NCBI GenBank assembly: GCA_965649825.1
Contig: OZ287704.1
Location: 604,301 to 668,300, forward strand
Direction of reading: 5' to 3'
Source: Penicillus capitatus
Taxonomy: Eukaryota; Plantae; Chlorophyta
Length of the DNA: 64,000 bases
The translations under genes and the position numbers were made by a program. The notes under the pieces were generated by a model. That model worked only from the letters and a program-made list of their open reading frames with translations. It was not told the origin of the DNA and did no database searches. Of this stretch, positions 23,823 through 37,800 are shown in pieces; position 1 is the first letter of the stretch, and each line of letters starts with the position of its first letter.

Positions 23823-24530
23823 GTGCGTTTGTCGCTCAGCAAAAGCCAGGGTTCGAATAGGCAGCGTATGTGGCGGATGAGCTGCGTCTTCCTGGTCGTC
23901 AGCTCGACGGATGGCCAGAGTTCGTGCGTCGTGTGCACAAAAAAACCTCAAGAACTCGCTCCTCGTGCTTTTCTGAGCGAGTCGCGTCGGAGATGGAGTG
24001 AGCGATTTGGCATTCTGCCGAAAACAGGACTGGAAACGCCGGGCAGTACTCCGAGTCGACACACCGGGACTTCCTTCAGTGCTGGCGAGCCGCGGACGTC
24101 ACGAGACCGGTCTGCAGCGACAGAGATGTATACTGATGGACCGGAAGCTGCCGAGGGTCTGATGAGAAGCGACGCCGGCGCCGAACGACACGCCGTCGTC
24201 AACAGCGACGCAGCGCCAGTGGCAGGTGATGATGTAGACGACGGCAAGCAAGATCCGATGTTTCCTCTGCCAAGCGACGATGATGGAGACTGCGATCTGT
24301 CGCTTCCTGGATGGGCGAAGGCGACGAAGGTAGGGATGGAGCCGTCGTCGAAGTCACTGCCTCCAGATCGACTCCTCCATCGCAGGGAATGGGTCCACTT
24401 AACCCTGTCCCGCCAAGTAAGTCTTTCGATGCATTCTTTCATGCATCTAACCGCCGTCTGCTTGCAGGACCAGCTTCCCCCAGTGGGGAGCTGGCGCCCG
24501 GGACGCTTTAAGGGCGTCAGGGGGGTGTGA
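23823..24530 (+). CDS. Hypothetical acidic protein with one canonical intron (24417-24467)
   Basis: 235-codon ORF containing GTAAGT...CTAAC...TTGCAG (donor, branch point, acceptor). Start codon uncertain. Confidence 0.4.
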   Translation: MRLSLSKSQGSNRQRMWRMSCVFLVVSSTDGQSSCVVCTKKPQELAPRAFLSESRRRWSERFGILPKTGLETPGSTPSRHTGTSFSAGEPRTSRDRSAATEMYTDGPEAAEGLMRSDAGAERHAVVNSDAAPVAGDDVDDGKQDPMFPLPSDDDGDCDLSLPGWAKATKVGMEPSSKSLPPDRLLHRREWVHLTLSRQVSLSMHSFMHLTAVCLQDQLPPVGSWRPGRFKGVRGV

Positions 24531-24659
24531 AACCAGTGCCGAGGGGCGCCTGCGTTGTCCAGGTACCGGGAGCTGTTGGTCGGTACTCCGCGGGCAAGCG
24601 TAGCGAGGCGAGCCCTGCCTGCGGCCTTTTTGAATTCGGGTCCGCGCGCGATCGTTCGT

Positions 24660-25210
24660 TTTTTCCACTGGCCGTCTTTTACTTTTTTTCTATTCTGGCC
24701 GTGGGCAGGGTCATCTTTTTCTGCGACAGTTTCGCGGGCGCGCTATTTTCACCTTTCTTTTTACTTTCCCCTTCTCTGACTGTTTTTTATGCCACCATCG
24801 CATCTTTTGTTCGATGCGATGGTGCCTTCATGACATGTTTACGCGTTTTTCTTTGTGCTCTGATGTGTCTGGGACATGGACCTGTCCCTTTTTCTCTTCT
24901 TTTGCAGTTTTTTTCCTTACCCGCGTGTTTCTCTTCTCGTTTTTTTTTTTGTTTTTTTTCTTTTCTGTTTTGTGTGTTCTTCCTCTTCCTACCTTTCTGC
25001 ATGTCCGGCTCCGATCTCCGATGCGTTCTCTACGTTCTGCGCGGTGCGTTTTTTTGTTTCGCCGAGAGACGCCCCTAAGGTGGAAAGCCGTTGCGACTGT
25101 GTCGAGTGGCACGTGGGACTGTTTCCGGAGCCTGGGGGATCACTCTCTTGATGCAGTAAGTTCCTCTCTCATCAATTTCTCACATTTACTAACTAATTTT
25201 GTGTTTTAGA
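24660..25210. repeat. T-rich low-complexity tract
   Basis: Multiple T runs, e.g. TTTTTTTTTTGTTTTTTTTCTTTT at ~24940-24965. Confidence 0.8.
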
Positions 25211-25309
25211 TCCACCTAATGGGTCCGGGCTCTAGGGACGGGGTTGAGATTGGACCCATCGACCCTTTCGGACGTCATGAGTCACCCGGGTCTGTGGCAG
25301 CGACTACTT

Positions 25310-26050
25310 TTGATGATGACGAATACCTGCCCGATCAGACATCCGAGAGCCGATATGAGGACGACTACCTGATCTGGCATCCGACATCCTGTGATGAAGC
25401 CGAGAGCCGATTTGATGACGACTACCTGATCTGGCATCCGACATCCTGTGATGAAGCCGACTGCCCAAGATGATGACAACTGCCTGCCCGATCTGACATC
25501 CGAGAGCCGGCGATGAAGCCGACTACCTGCCCGATCTGGCATCCGAGATTCGAGATCTGCGATGAAGCCGACTGCCCAAGATGATGACAACTGCCTTCCC
25601 GATCTGACATCCGAGAGCCGGCGATGAAGCCGACTGACTACCTTCGAAGAAGACGACTATGTGCGATGACGACGACTGCCTGATCTGAAGACGACTACCT
25701 GTGATGATGAAGACGACGACTACCTGATCTGACATCCGAGAGCCGATGTGAAGACGAATACCTGCCCGATCTGGCATCCGAGATCCGAGTTCTGCGATGA
25801 AGACGAATACCTGACCGATCTGGCATCCGAGATCCGAGTTCTGCGATGAAGACGAATACCTGACCGATCTGGCATCCGAGATCCGAGTTCTGCGATGAAG
25901 ACGAATACCTGCCCGATCTGGCATCCGAGATCCGAGTTCTGCGATGAAGACGAATACCTGCCCGATCTGGCATCCGAGATCCGAGATCTGCGATGAAGAC
26001 GAATACCTGCCTGATCTGACATCCAATTATCTACGATGAAGACGAACATT
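25310..26050. repeat. Minisatellite X: six near-perfect 49-bp units (25749-26042) preceded by degenerate variants
   Basis: Unit TGAAGACGAATACCTGCCCGATCTGGCATCCGAGATCCGAGTTCTGCGA. Starts at 25749, 25798, 25847, 25896, 25945 and 25994. Confidence 0.95.
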
Positions 26051-26089
26051 TATGATGAAGCTATCTAAAATTCGACTACCTGCGATGAA

Positions 26090-27320
26090 GACGACCATAA
26101 ACGATGAAGCATCCAGCAGCAGCAGAACCATGAAGAACCACGAAGCCTCCAGCAGCAGAAGAACCATGAAGAACCACGAAGCCTCCAGCAGCAGCACAAG
26201 AACCAGAAAGCCTCCAGCAGCAGAAGAACCAGAAAGCCTCCAGTGTGCATTTCAGTTGTTGTGGGAATTTCAATTACCTCCACAAGCGTAACCGTGTAGC
26301 GTTTCTGCAAGTCTCTGTTTCATTTTATCTTTGAGCTTTTAAGAATGCTGGACCTGCACCAACTGGATTATACAATCTTGATGATGTAGTATTAAATCGA
26401 TCAACATTCTGTCCTCGTATTTTTTCATAAAAAGATTGTGAAGCTGTTTAGGCCATCTTTATGGCTATTGTACAGACACATGTTATCCTGTTTAGGCCAT
26501 CTTTGTGGCAATTGTACAGACACATGTTTAAGCTGTTTAGGCCATCTTTGTGGCAACTGTCCAGACATCGTAGACGATGCAGCTTGCGATAACGAACGCG
26601 TCGAAAACGCAGAATAGGATGTCCCTTTTGCATCCATTTGCAGGTTGCTAAAGCTGATTTCGATGGACTCGCTTAAAACCTGCAGGACTAAGAAGACCAC
26701 AAAGAAGCTCAGTTGTGTACTACTACCATCCCAATGTCATCTCTTGCTAGCTGTCATTTAAAATGAAAGAAAGAATATCCAAGACTACAGAAATTTCATG
26801 AACGCGTGCGCAGGTTCGGCACTAACCCAGTGTGGGGGAGAGGTCGTCGGCACAGATGGATGCTCCTGAATGCACAAACAGTTCAAGGACGAACAAGAAA
26901 GATCCGTACTCGCCCATATCATCTCACAGCACTTTTTGATGTCAGGATAGCCTTTGGAAGGTCATCCCAAACCTTGTCAGAATCAAGAGCATCGACGCCA
27001 ACATCGCATCTAGCAAAACGTCGCGTTTTCAGACAGCGCCAATTGCCAAAGATCAGCACCAGCGAGAGTGAATGCGTCTGTTGCTGCGTATTTCTGCGCA
27101 CCCAGATATGTATCCCACAGAGCCATCTCTGCCTGGAAGCACACACGGCTGATCTGATGCTCCAGTCGGTGGATGATACTCTAATTTCTTCGATCTGCTG
27201 TTGAGCATGTTGTTTTTCCAGTTCCTCTGTGACACGATTTGGATGCTTCCTGCTGAAATGCAGATCGACAGCCTACCATAAGATAAGTGCAGTTTCGTTG
27301 CTTTATATCTGTCACAATGG
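26090..27320 (+). repeat. Element X tail, inverted copy of 42325-43740; includes a CAG-rich AAGAACCA(C/G)-AAGCCTCCAGCAGCAG repeat (26100-26245)
   Basis: ORF translations match (26065-26310 with 43294-43644; 26806-27204 with 42486-42815). Direct reverse-complement match seen throughout. Confidence 0.9.
26444..26567. repeat. 44-45-bp tandem repeat, 3 copies (2 copies in the Y counterpart at ~43080-43160)
   Basis: CTGTTTAGGCCATCTTT(A/G)TGGC(T/A)ATTGTACAGACACATGTT repeated. Confidence 0.9.
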
Positions 27321-29693
27321 GCGATCGGACAAATCGACGATGCCAAAACGTGCGCGGATTGAACATCGCGAGATCGATCTTTGCCATCGGGCGCTTCCGA
27401 GTTGGCCGCGGTCAGGCAAGATAGAGATCGATCTCAGCAAATCTTGGTTGTGGCATCAGTAACCCTGATACGTGATACTGAAGTTTCAATCTTAGCTTGT
27501 TATTGCAGTGCAGTCCGATCTGCGATTGAACGGATCGACGGTGCAAGAGTTGCACATGTGTGATAAACCGGTCGTTGCCGTCTGTCAGATTGTTTGGTGT
27601 GCATCTGACAATATCCTTGGCCCCATTACTAAATATACTTGTTCCTTTTTTGCATTCGTGAAATCGCCGTGCCAAATCTGTCAAGTACAACTGGATATCA
27701 TGACATGACTATAGTTCCGAATGACGAACGACTTATCTGCAAGGCGGACCCTCTCTCATTGCCGATTCGTAAAATCATGTAAGGCAATCACGACGATCGC
27801 AACGCCGATCTGTAGTTTCCGATCACACGGCACGCGGATCATCGATCAGTGTTCGGTTTGATTCTTGATGATTGTGTCGATGCTCGGATCAGCATCTCAG
27901 GATTGCGGCAGACAAGCCCATCCTGCTGTGCCCCCATCCGATGAAGGCTTCGTCCAGTTCGTTGACTTACTGAGCTCCACTGTTCCTCTGACATGACAGC
28001 AGAGATGTGTTTGTAAGCGCACGCGTCGTTTCCACGAGTCGATGGCGTATTCGAGACGCCTGACACAGCTCGGTGGGTTTCTCTGTTGATCGATCGATGC
28101 GTAGGCGGCCCATCTGGATGGATCTCGTTCGAGTGCGAAAGATGCCACTCGGTTTTGGCAATCGGTTAGTTAAAAAGTCGCCAAACAGCAAAACAATGTC
28201 AACATCTAATTATTGACTTCCACTCTGTTTCGAGAATCTTTTTGCATCCTAGTTTTGCACGACAGTCACCAGATGAATGCCGTCTTCTCTGCTGCTCGTT
28301 GCTAACCTCAAAGTGCAAAACGACACATCTAGTGCCTTCATTGGACCAGGCCATCTGTTTTTCGCGATAAAGCATCCTCTTGTGTGGTCTATCGCTCGAG
28401 CAGTCAGTCAGGGACACGCACTTTGAGCAGCACATGCACATTCCGGCATCAAACCGGCTCCACAGTGACCTCGACGACTGACAATGCTACCGGCGCACGG
28501 AATGATAAAAGAGCCTAGAAACGCATCGGCAGTTTTTCAATTTGTGTCATATCTCGTCTACTCTTCCGGCACTCCGAACCTCGACAAAGCATAGTGCACA
28601 CAAGCAGTCATTTTCTCTCCTCTCGATTGAGAATGCCGTCCGGCAAAACAAACCAATCCGTTTGTCGTCTAATGAATATCATTCGTGCCCGTGTGCCTCG
28701 CAACGATTCCTTCTGAGTTAAGATGGATGCTTGTCTTTTTTTCACGAAAGGATGATACGTTTTTCTGCATTGTGTGGCGGTTTCGTTGTTTTGATTGTTG
28801 TGTTTTCTCTGCCGTTCTTAATCCAAATCCATTCTCCACGGATTACTGAACAAGCCTCCTTCCTCGGTTCACCTTACTTCGCTGTGTGGCCTATTTTCTT
28901 GTACTCAGTGACATCCACAAAGAGGATCATTAAAACGGCAGTCATGCTGGAGTTTCATCTGTTATGTCTATCAGGTGCTCTATCTCTCTGCACGAGTTCT
29001 GCGATATACCAGATGACATGCGCATTCGACAGTACCCCGTTTTGCCACATATGGTCTGGAAGCAAAGCAGCAGCAAAGCTTCTGTGCAACAAAAAGTGCA
29101 CGCAGAGATTCTGGTTTTGTTTTCAGCGACTGCCTGGCGTTTATCATTTCCGCGCAAGAGCTTGTTTATAGCCTATTCAGTCGTCGTTACCTTGCCTTAA
29201 TCAGTATAACCTCTTCCATTGCGTACACGGCTCAATCTTCAAAACACCATCTGTAAGATCAGTAGTGGTCCGTCCAAAGCTATGGTATGCGCCTCACTCA
29301 ACGGACATCCAGGAAGGAACCACTGGACTCTTCATGCATTCACCGAGCTGATACAGCTCAAAACTGTATCTCCTATTCTTTCATTTCTGACTGAATGACG
29401 GCGAATGGATCTCCGTTATTGTGGATCGGTCAACAGCTGCCTTGACGCAACAAAGAGGTTCATGACGTGAAAACCGATCCATTTAATGTTTTTGATACGA
29501 ACAGCACCAAATTTAGTGCCTTTCGGCAGGCTTACGTCCAGGCCCGTCTTTTTAGTCCCAACTTTACGTCTTTGTCGCGCAGCGAGGCACATCTAAACGA
29601 CCGCATTCGGCACCACTGCCATTAGGCTCTATGTGCCGTCATTCTCCGTGTCGGTTTATATCTCAAGAGACACTGGGATTTGTTTTTCGCAGA

Positions 29694-32374
29694 ATGGAGG
29701 GAGAGAAACGACCATTGTTGTGGTCATGCGTCAACAGCAGGCTTAGTACTCGGCAGTATGGCTACGAACGCGACGCTCAGCTCGAAAAGAATAGCATCGA
29801 AGAACCGTTAGACGGCACAAAAATACACGTCGAAGGTGTGCCGTCAGAGTTCGTGGCATATAAACCGAAGTCGCGTTCAGGAGGAAACCGAATTACAAAA
29901 GGCATTCCCCAAGCTTACACGTTAAAGAAGCATGCATGGTACACGGTTTACGAAGTGAGCTTGCCCAGTGTGTCAGGAATACTATTGCGCGCAATCCCTA
30001 GTGGCACGTGCATCACTCTTTCCTGACGAAAAAGGACATGAAGATGTTCTCGGATAACTTCGAAGTCAATGGCCACCATTGGTGAGAGAGGACGCGGTGG
30101 ACATTACAGAATACTCATTATCGTGTTCTGTAAGTGAAGGTGCATCGAAGTTAGGAGCACGCGGATGGGAAACCTCAGATCTTGTCTCTGTTCGCGAAAC
30201 AGAGAATTGGTGAAGACGCATTTTTCGTTGACTCTTATAAACTGGGAGGACGAAAAACACAACGTCTGCGAAAGTTGCCAGAAGAGAATGCACTAAAGTC
30301 TTCGATCTTCTGAAATGGCCCTATCTGTTCTTCTAGATGTCACATGTGTCTTCCGCTCGTCCGATCGTCGGCAGGGAATTCGTGACATGGCGAGAATCGA
30401 TGACGTCAAGAATCGCTGCACACGTTTCCTTAACGGCGACTACTTCACGCTGCGCCTGGAACTGAGAATCAGGTGTCCGGAGAGCGAGCTTTGGAAGCTC
30501 TCCTTCCAGGAAGGGGACGCTGTGTGCGAGGTTGCCTCTTCTCTTGTTTTCTCTCTTTGGCATATGTTTTGTGTACCACAGTGGAAGTTGAGACACCTCA
30601 AACAGATGAGTCCATTCACTCTGACGACAGATGTCTTCGACACGGGCGGCTGCACACTGTAAGAACCGCGGCGCTCGCAGTTGTTCCTCTTGTTTGACGG
30701 TCGGCCACGTAGGAGCTTAACAGTCCGAATGCCTGGATCGACTTCTGATTCGACAGACCTGGATCTGTCGATGCGACACATGGGAGGCAGTCCCCTCTAC
30801 GGACGTTTGGCGTGCTCCATCCTGAACCGCGAATCCACTGGAGCCAGCTCTTCATCCGGTGGCAACTTCTCATCTGTTCTCTCGCTCTGATGGGCCCAGT
30901 CTTGTGGGCAGAGATGCTCTATCTACGTGGCCAGGGATCCCAGACGGACTGGATCCACCTCGCAAAGGAGAGCGAGCTTGAAGACAAGTCAAGCGGTTTC
31001 GTGCAGGATGGCTGGATCACGCTGTGCGCAAGGATCTCTTTCATGAGCTGCAGACAGTTCGCGCTGGAGATGCTTCGCCAAAGAAGAGAGGTGGAAGAGA
31101 AAGAAGGAAGCTCTCTGGCCATCGACGACGCGCTAAGTGTGCAGATCGAAAGTCGATGTCTGCTTTCTGCTCCGCTCTTTCTGAGATGTGCTTGAAATGC
31201 AGAGGGTACTGGTGTCGATAACGGCGTTGAGCATGCCTATCTGCTGGCCGAGTACAACTGGTACGCCTACTACGAGGTAATTCAGCCTGCTTCCCTTCTC
31301 ATTACAAACTGGTAGTCTTCCCCAGTGCTGTGTGCACCGGTCTCTGTTGGAGAATCCGAAGGGACTGTTCTCTAAATCTTTCGTGTTGAACGACCACGCA
31401 TGGTAGGTAATTGTGGATTCTGTCAGGTCACATCTAGCACTGTCATGCTGTCAACCAGGGAGTTCAACATCAAAAGGGAAGAAAATGGAGACGTCAGACT
31501 CTTCGTCAGTGCCACACAAGGGCCAGAAGCTTGGGTTCATTCCACAGCGAAGGTCGTCGACACTGAAGACGCAACGAAAAACAAGATCAGAAGTAAGAAA
31601 TCGTTTATGCGTGTTCTGCGAACCTTGGCACGCCGATGTGACTGATAAAGTTTTTTGTTTAAAAGCACATTCTGGAGAATCTACTGAGAAGTTTGTATTA
31701 TACACGACCGTGAATGACCTCATCGAGTCGTCCTCTGGGTTCCTGAAACAGGATTTCTTCCTTTTTCGCTTGGATCTGAGGCTTCGTCTTGAAGACAACG
31801 AAAATTTCAAGTGCTTCAAGGATGGGAACACCGTACATTGCATAGTACGCTCAGTTCCATCTTCTCACGGTACTGAAGCTGTGTTCTAGTGGAAAGTGAG
31901 ACATGCACAAATGAACCCAGGTTGCATGATTCCAGAGAAATTCTGGATCAATGACACCCCGATGTAAGCACATATCTACTCGCCCTTATCTCTTCGACTT
32001 TCATCTCTTGAGCCGTTTTGCGTTGAGCAGAGCATTGGCACTTCGTTCGCCTGATTCTGCTTCGGGAACGAAGGCAACGAAACTGTCTGTTACCAACTGG
32101 TCGAAAGAAAAGATTCGTGTCCTTGTCAAGCTCCGTGTGGTCAAGCACACAAAACCGAACGGCGAAGGAGTTCTTGGTAACACGGCACTGCCTCCCACCG
32201 TCTACTGATGTATTTTCGGTAGAGGAGTTGGCGATTTCTCCAAGGTGCTATCAACGCCTTAACTGGTCGCTGAGCTGGCTCCAAGTGGAGGACGAAACTC
32301 TTAGTTTTGTGAAGAACGGTTGGTTAAGCCTCATCATCAAAATCACTCTTCTGGAGAAATTGGGGCCAGATTAA
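29694..32374 (+). CDS. Tandem MATH/TRAF-domain protein, copy B, multi-exon
   Basis: Same four MATH-like motifs and the same intron positions as copy A. No lesion found in the exons I traced. Confidence 0.72.
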
Positions 32375-32574
32375 ACGATCAGCATTAATTTCATTCACGC
32401 ATTCTGCTTCCTCACCTGTGTTGGATCGCGTCGACCGTACTGACTGACTCAAAGGACACGCGAGACGTCTCCGGGTACCAATCGTGTCATCCTAGAAACG
32501 TATCGCTTTCCGTTCGACGTCACAATAGGAGACAAAGAAAGTAGTCCTCCTTAAGTACGGTTTACTATTTGATA

Positions 32575-34517
32575 TGGAAAAAGAAACGGGAATCGGCAGA
32601 GCAGTCTGCAAGAAGCAGGGGAATAGATTATTTTCCAGATCTTGTCCCAACGACTAGTACAGGTGAAATTGCAAAGGTGACAAAATGTCAGTCGTGTCGT
32701 GGTGAACACAAACTCGCCATGTGGAACACGGAAACCCGTGTAGAAATGTGCAATCTTTTCACAGTCCTCTTCGTTCAGGAAACGCCGCTGTCCGTGTGTG
32801 GACCGCACAGAGAAGATGCAAGAGCTTTACAAAAGTAGAAGAAGACAACGTTGATCATTGACGATATCGCACACGCATAAATCTGATCACAACTCAATGT
32901 TTCTTTGCACATGATCTTCATCAGTTAAACGCAGAACTTTTGAAACGAAGAGCAAGGCGTCTGAATGCTCGCTTTGGAGGCTTTCAGCATTCTGAGACGG
33001 AGACGAGATCTCATGTCCCCACATTGAGGTTACCACGACAAGAGACATGACTGAGGCAAACGTCCCGTCACTTACGACACCGCGCACGAATGGATGAACA
33101 CTCGGCTGTGTGTTCGTTCCTCGCAGCAGATATCTTGTCTCTGGAAATAAACGATTTAGGAGCGAGCATTGTTCCGCGCACCGCAGTAAGCACTCATCAC
33201 GCAGTGAAGAGTTCGATGACACTTACACCATCTACAAGAATATCATGCACGAAGAACCCCGCGCACATGTTAGCAGACTAAAAAAGCAATCGGAGTTCAC
33301 AGACGCGATTGACTACGTGTTCTCCGCTTTAAGAGTGAACTTGAAGCCTGGAATCAAGGGTTGCTGGAGAGAGAAGCCGCGGTGAACTTGACCGGGGAGT
33401 CTCTCGCCCAAAAGAATCTAGATCTTAGTCGAGAGTCAGTTGGAATTCGATCACGTATCCAGAGAAACTCTGCTATGTCTTGTTTATGGAGAAAAGGAAC
33501 TCAAAGAAGAGCAAGAGGAGTTTGAAAGCAAGAAGGCAGGATTCGCCAATGCTTATCGAGATAAAGTAAAGGCACGCAACGACTGCATCCGGCGACGTCT
33601 AATTTTCTTGGATGTACAGAAGATGAGGGTTGATGAGACACAATCAATCTGATCTCGTTATCTGGAAGATTCGATTCAAGGGTCATGTGTGCAGGGATGT
33701 CTCTTAATCAGCGTGAAGAACAGATCGATTTACTCGAGTGGGGATTTCTTCACACGGAGAGCCATCGGCAATGGAAGTGCGCAAACTGGAATGCATGCAT
33801 AACTTTTTCCTAGAGCTGGCGGAAGATATGATCGACAATGAAGATGCTTTTTCGGAACGGACAAAGCTCCAGATGGCAACGTACAAGCTCTATTAGTCGA
33901 CAGGGATGCAAAACAAGAGAGCGTGCAGCCAAGGAGGGCAGACAGCACTGGACAACAAGTAGTCTCTCTCTCTCTCGCACCACTTTCCTGTCACCTCGCG
34001 CGCCCAAGCAGAGAAGCGGAGCTTGATGGGACACACGACATCCTGATGCAGGAATCCTCACAGTACTTCTTGTCCATTGCCTCAAGCTGTGATCGAACAG
34101 TTTGAATGCATCTGCAGGCGTGGCCAAGATCTGGATCAGCGCGAAGCAACAGCGAAGTCTCAGGATCAGTATCTGGTGGACAGGAAGCAGATTCTCTCGT
34201 CGGCACACACGGATCCCAAGGAGATCGCGGAGAACTGCTGCATCCGTGTTCAGGCAGAAGTGATCAGGTCATATGCGCACGACTGTTCTGCTGTGGCGAA
34301 AAGTCAAACGGCGAAGTTAGCAAGAAGGTGTCGTCCGCAGGCCGTGGAAGGTCGGACTAGCGCCCGTAGCGGAAACGAATCGCAACGACGCGACGCGAAG
34401 ACAAGAATGGCTAAGAATCGGCCATCGTCGTCTCTACTTCTGATCGAAGAGAGATGCGTTGTCGCATTTCTTAGATTTTCGTCACATGCTGTAGCTGTAC
34501 ATGGAGCGGCAATCTGA
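32575..34517 (+). pseudogene. Hypothetical helical protein, copy B, probably disrupted
   Basis: Extra C at 32616 relative to copy A, and the acceptor AG is changed to AT at 32911-32912. Confidence 0.5.
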
Positions 34518-34857
34518 ATTCCAGACGCAGATGGCTTTCGAAGACACAATGTTTGTGAAAGAAGAGTTTGTTCACCTGCTATTCACCTGAAAAAATGCTC
34601 CACCTCATCATTGCCTTCCTGTCGGGGACCACTTGCAGAACTCGTTGACGACGTTGCTGTTGTCATGAGCCGATTATTCGAGAAGAGGACGTTTGGAACA
34701 GCGACAGAGAAATGCTCTCTAACGCAAGGAGGACAAAAAGATGAAGACAAGGGGAGGATTCAGTGGTAGTAAGACAGTGCGTGTTGGGTCTTGTCGCTCC
34801 ATCTTGTCACGAAAACCGCAAGTGATTACGTTTTCGCATCCCGCGGCCTTATTTGAG

Positions 34858-37800
34858 ATGATGTTTTCGCAAATGAACGCAAAAAATGTTGGTTGCTTAA
34901 CGCTGCGAAGGCTTCTTCTGCTGCTATGCATGTGTCTGGAGGCGTTGGCGCGCTACCCAGACTGTTCGAGCTTGGTTCTTCGAGGTCATTTTGGTCTAAC
35001 GGGTTCGCCGACTATTGCTCGTATTCTGCCACTGCCTTGGTTTCTTTCCTTCATGTTTTGTTATTAAACAGGTCAGCTTCCACGCCTTGTCATATTCGAC
35101 GTACAGACCTGTTTTCGACCCACCGGGATCTCAGTCCAGTATGCCGAATATGGACACTCAGAGCCAACGGTTAATCTGTCTGGGCCAAAGAGTGTGGCAG
35201 TTTCATTTCTTTGTTGTTGTAGGGGAGATTTTCACTGCTGTCAGACATTCCTTCTTATGAGTAAATATCCCATAGGCACGAATTGTTTTAACTTCTTTTC
35301 GATACAGACAGACAGCCTCCTTGGGTTCTGATCGTTCTGATGTTCAGTGTTACTTGACAGAAGATGCTATCGACAGATACTTGGACGCGGACAGCAGAAC
35401 GTGGTTTGTGGATGAAACCTTCCTTAGCGGTATTGATCACGATTTGCAATCTCTGATCAACTGCACTGAGAGAGGCGACATCATCCTGTTCAATGTAAGC
35501 TGCATCATCGAGTCAAGATCGACAGTCACCATTCCTTGGGAACTAACCCTGAGTGCACACGTCGACGTACCTATCCGTTTCGGAGAAATGGTTCCTCGTT
35601 CGAAAACGAAGACGAGATTTACATGCCCACAGCACTCCAGAACTAGCATATTCCTCGTGAAGTAAGAATTCTCTGAAAACTCACCACCTTCATCTATTCC
35701 TGCAGGACAAAGAGTGTAACGTTTGCTAATCTGATATTCGAACAATGTCAGCTCCGGGACTCAATAATCGAGGTTGGAGCGTGTGGTACTGGAGACATAA
35801 CTGGCCAGGTGCGTCTGCACCATGTCGTCTTCCAAAATGGCACGGATGTGAGAGGTCTTCAAATGGCTTCTCCATCTTGCTCCGAGTCGGAGTTATTTAA
35901 CGTCGATTTCCATAACACGGTATGCCCAAGTAGTGCATGTGGAGCCATTCTCTCAACAAAGAAACGACTGGAGAATTGCACAGTCACCGGAACGACACCA
36001 AACACCAAGAAGACTTCTGAAGCACTGTTTTCGGCTCCCGCTGGATCCCGTACAGTCGTAAAAGGACTAACAGCAACCAAGAACAGATTTCGCATCTTTC
36101 GAATTGAAGACGGATTCGTGTCCATGTCAGATTCATCGTTTAATGACAACGCAGATACTTGCCTGGTATTGAACGAATCATCTGTCGAGATGGACAATTG
36201 CCGCTTCAGCCACAACCGTCTTCATTTTCCTGAAGCCGTCATCCAAGCAACAAACTCGAGTGTCAGTTTATCCCGTTCTATTTTCCATAGCAACGTTGCA
36301 GAAGAAGGTGCCTGCATTCAGGCAGAAGGATCAACTCTCAAGCTGTCTTCGATAGAGGCAAGCGACAATTATGTCTTTAGACGAGGAGGATTCATATCTG
36401 CCGTGAACTCAACTCTGGAACTTTCGTCGACGAAGGCATACAACAATTCTGCTACAGAGGCTGGCGGTTTCATCTTCGCCAACAAATCGATGCTATCGTT
36501 TGTGAAGACACGTGCAATTAACAACAGGATTTCTGTGTACCTTATGCATGCGAGAACGGATGATCTGTCTAGATCAAGGGGCAAGGCATATGAAATAATA
36601 AACGGCGGGATGGGCGGCTTCGTCTATGCGACCGAGTCTGTCATCTCTTTGGATCGAACGTGGGCAATCAACAACGACGCTGTTCTGAGAGGATTTATCA
36701 TGGCCAAGAACTCCACACTTGACTTGACCAGGACAAAGGCAGTCAACAACAATGCCAGGAGAGGAGGCTTTGTCATGACGTTGTTCTCGACACTCGACAT
36801 GAAGGGAACAAAAGCAGTTGGCAATTACGCAGAATGGGGAGGCTTCCTCGAATCCTTCTGTTCAAGAGTCAGTCTCGCAGAAACGCAGGCCACAAGCAAC
36901 AGCGCACAGCTCGGAGGTTTCATCCACGTAAGAGATTCAATGCTTGAGTTGACAGGCACGAAAGCAAGTAACAATACTGCCAATCTGGGAGGCTCTGTAT
37001 GTGCCGAAGACTCGACGGTGAACGACACTGGTTCACTCTTCTCGGATGGCGAAGCGCAGGTTTCCGGTGGTTTCGTTTCTGGAGAACAAAACAGTTCGAT
37101 TCTCATAAGCAATTCACGAATGACGCATGGGAGATCGAAGAAGGGGGAGCAATTGCGCTGACAGATTCCGAATTCGTGGCACAAAGTCTTTACATAGATC
37201 GTTGCGAGGCGCGCTCCCATGGTGGTGCCATCATGGGCAGCACATCCTCGACGCTTCTCTGTGTCAATTGCACGCTCAGAGAGAACTCTGCAGCGAATGG
37301 TAACGGCGGTGCTATCTTCTTTGAAGCCAGCGCCGATCAGGTTCTCGCCCTCCAATTGGTCCATGGCAGAATACTGATGAACAGAGCCACTTTTGGAGGT
37401 AAGCATCCGATCCGTGGACACCGGGCCATTGAGAACTTTCCTCAGGGGGACTCTTCTACGATTGCAGCCAAAAGAGGCAGAAATGCCTCAAAGAGAGCGC
37501 CGACTGTCCATTCATTGCCGTGACAAACACAACGTTCTCGAGGAACAGTGCTGAGATTGCCGGGGGAGCCATTCACGCAAGCTACTTAGACGCCATCCGA
37601 TTTCGCTGCTCGGCGGCCGGAGATGCCGATCTGGTCTTCTACCGACAGAGAGAGTGGCAATCCCTGTTCCATCTCAAATCTGTCAAAGACATGTGCGCGT
37701 CTTGGCGGCACAATCAAGCCACAAACTACGGTCCCAACGTCGGGACCTATCCAGCAATAGCGCAAATGACAATCAAAGGCTCCAAAGAATCGAAGACCGA

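Noticed and set aside
24527-25209. Phe-rich and Lys-rich ORFs
   Set aside because: These are translations of the T-rich tract.
24470-25260. Helitron-like or rolling-circle termini (short hairpins CCCCAGTGGGG and GACGC..GCGTC, a GCGTAGCGAG motif, an 8-bp stem at 25219-25259)
   Set aside because: The stems are short enough to occur by chance in GC-rich DNA, with no matching partner end or Rep/helicase.
25749-26042. CRISPR-like array
   Set aside because: The units are head-to-tail with no unique spacers, there are no cas genes, and the context is eukaryotic.
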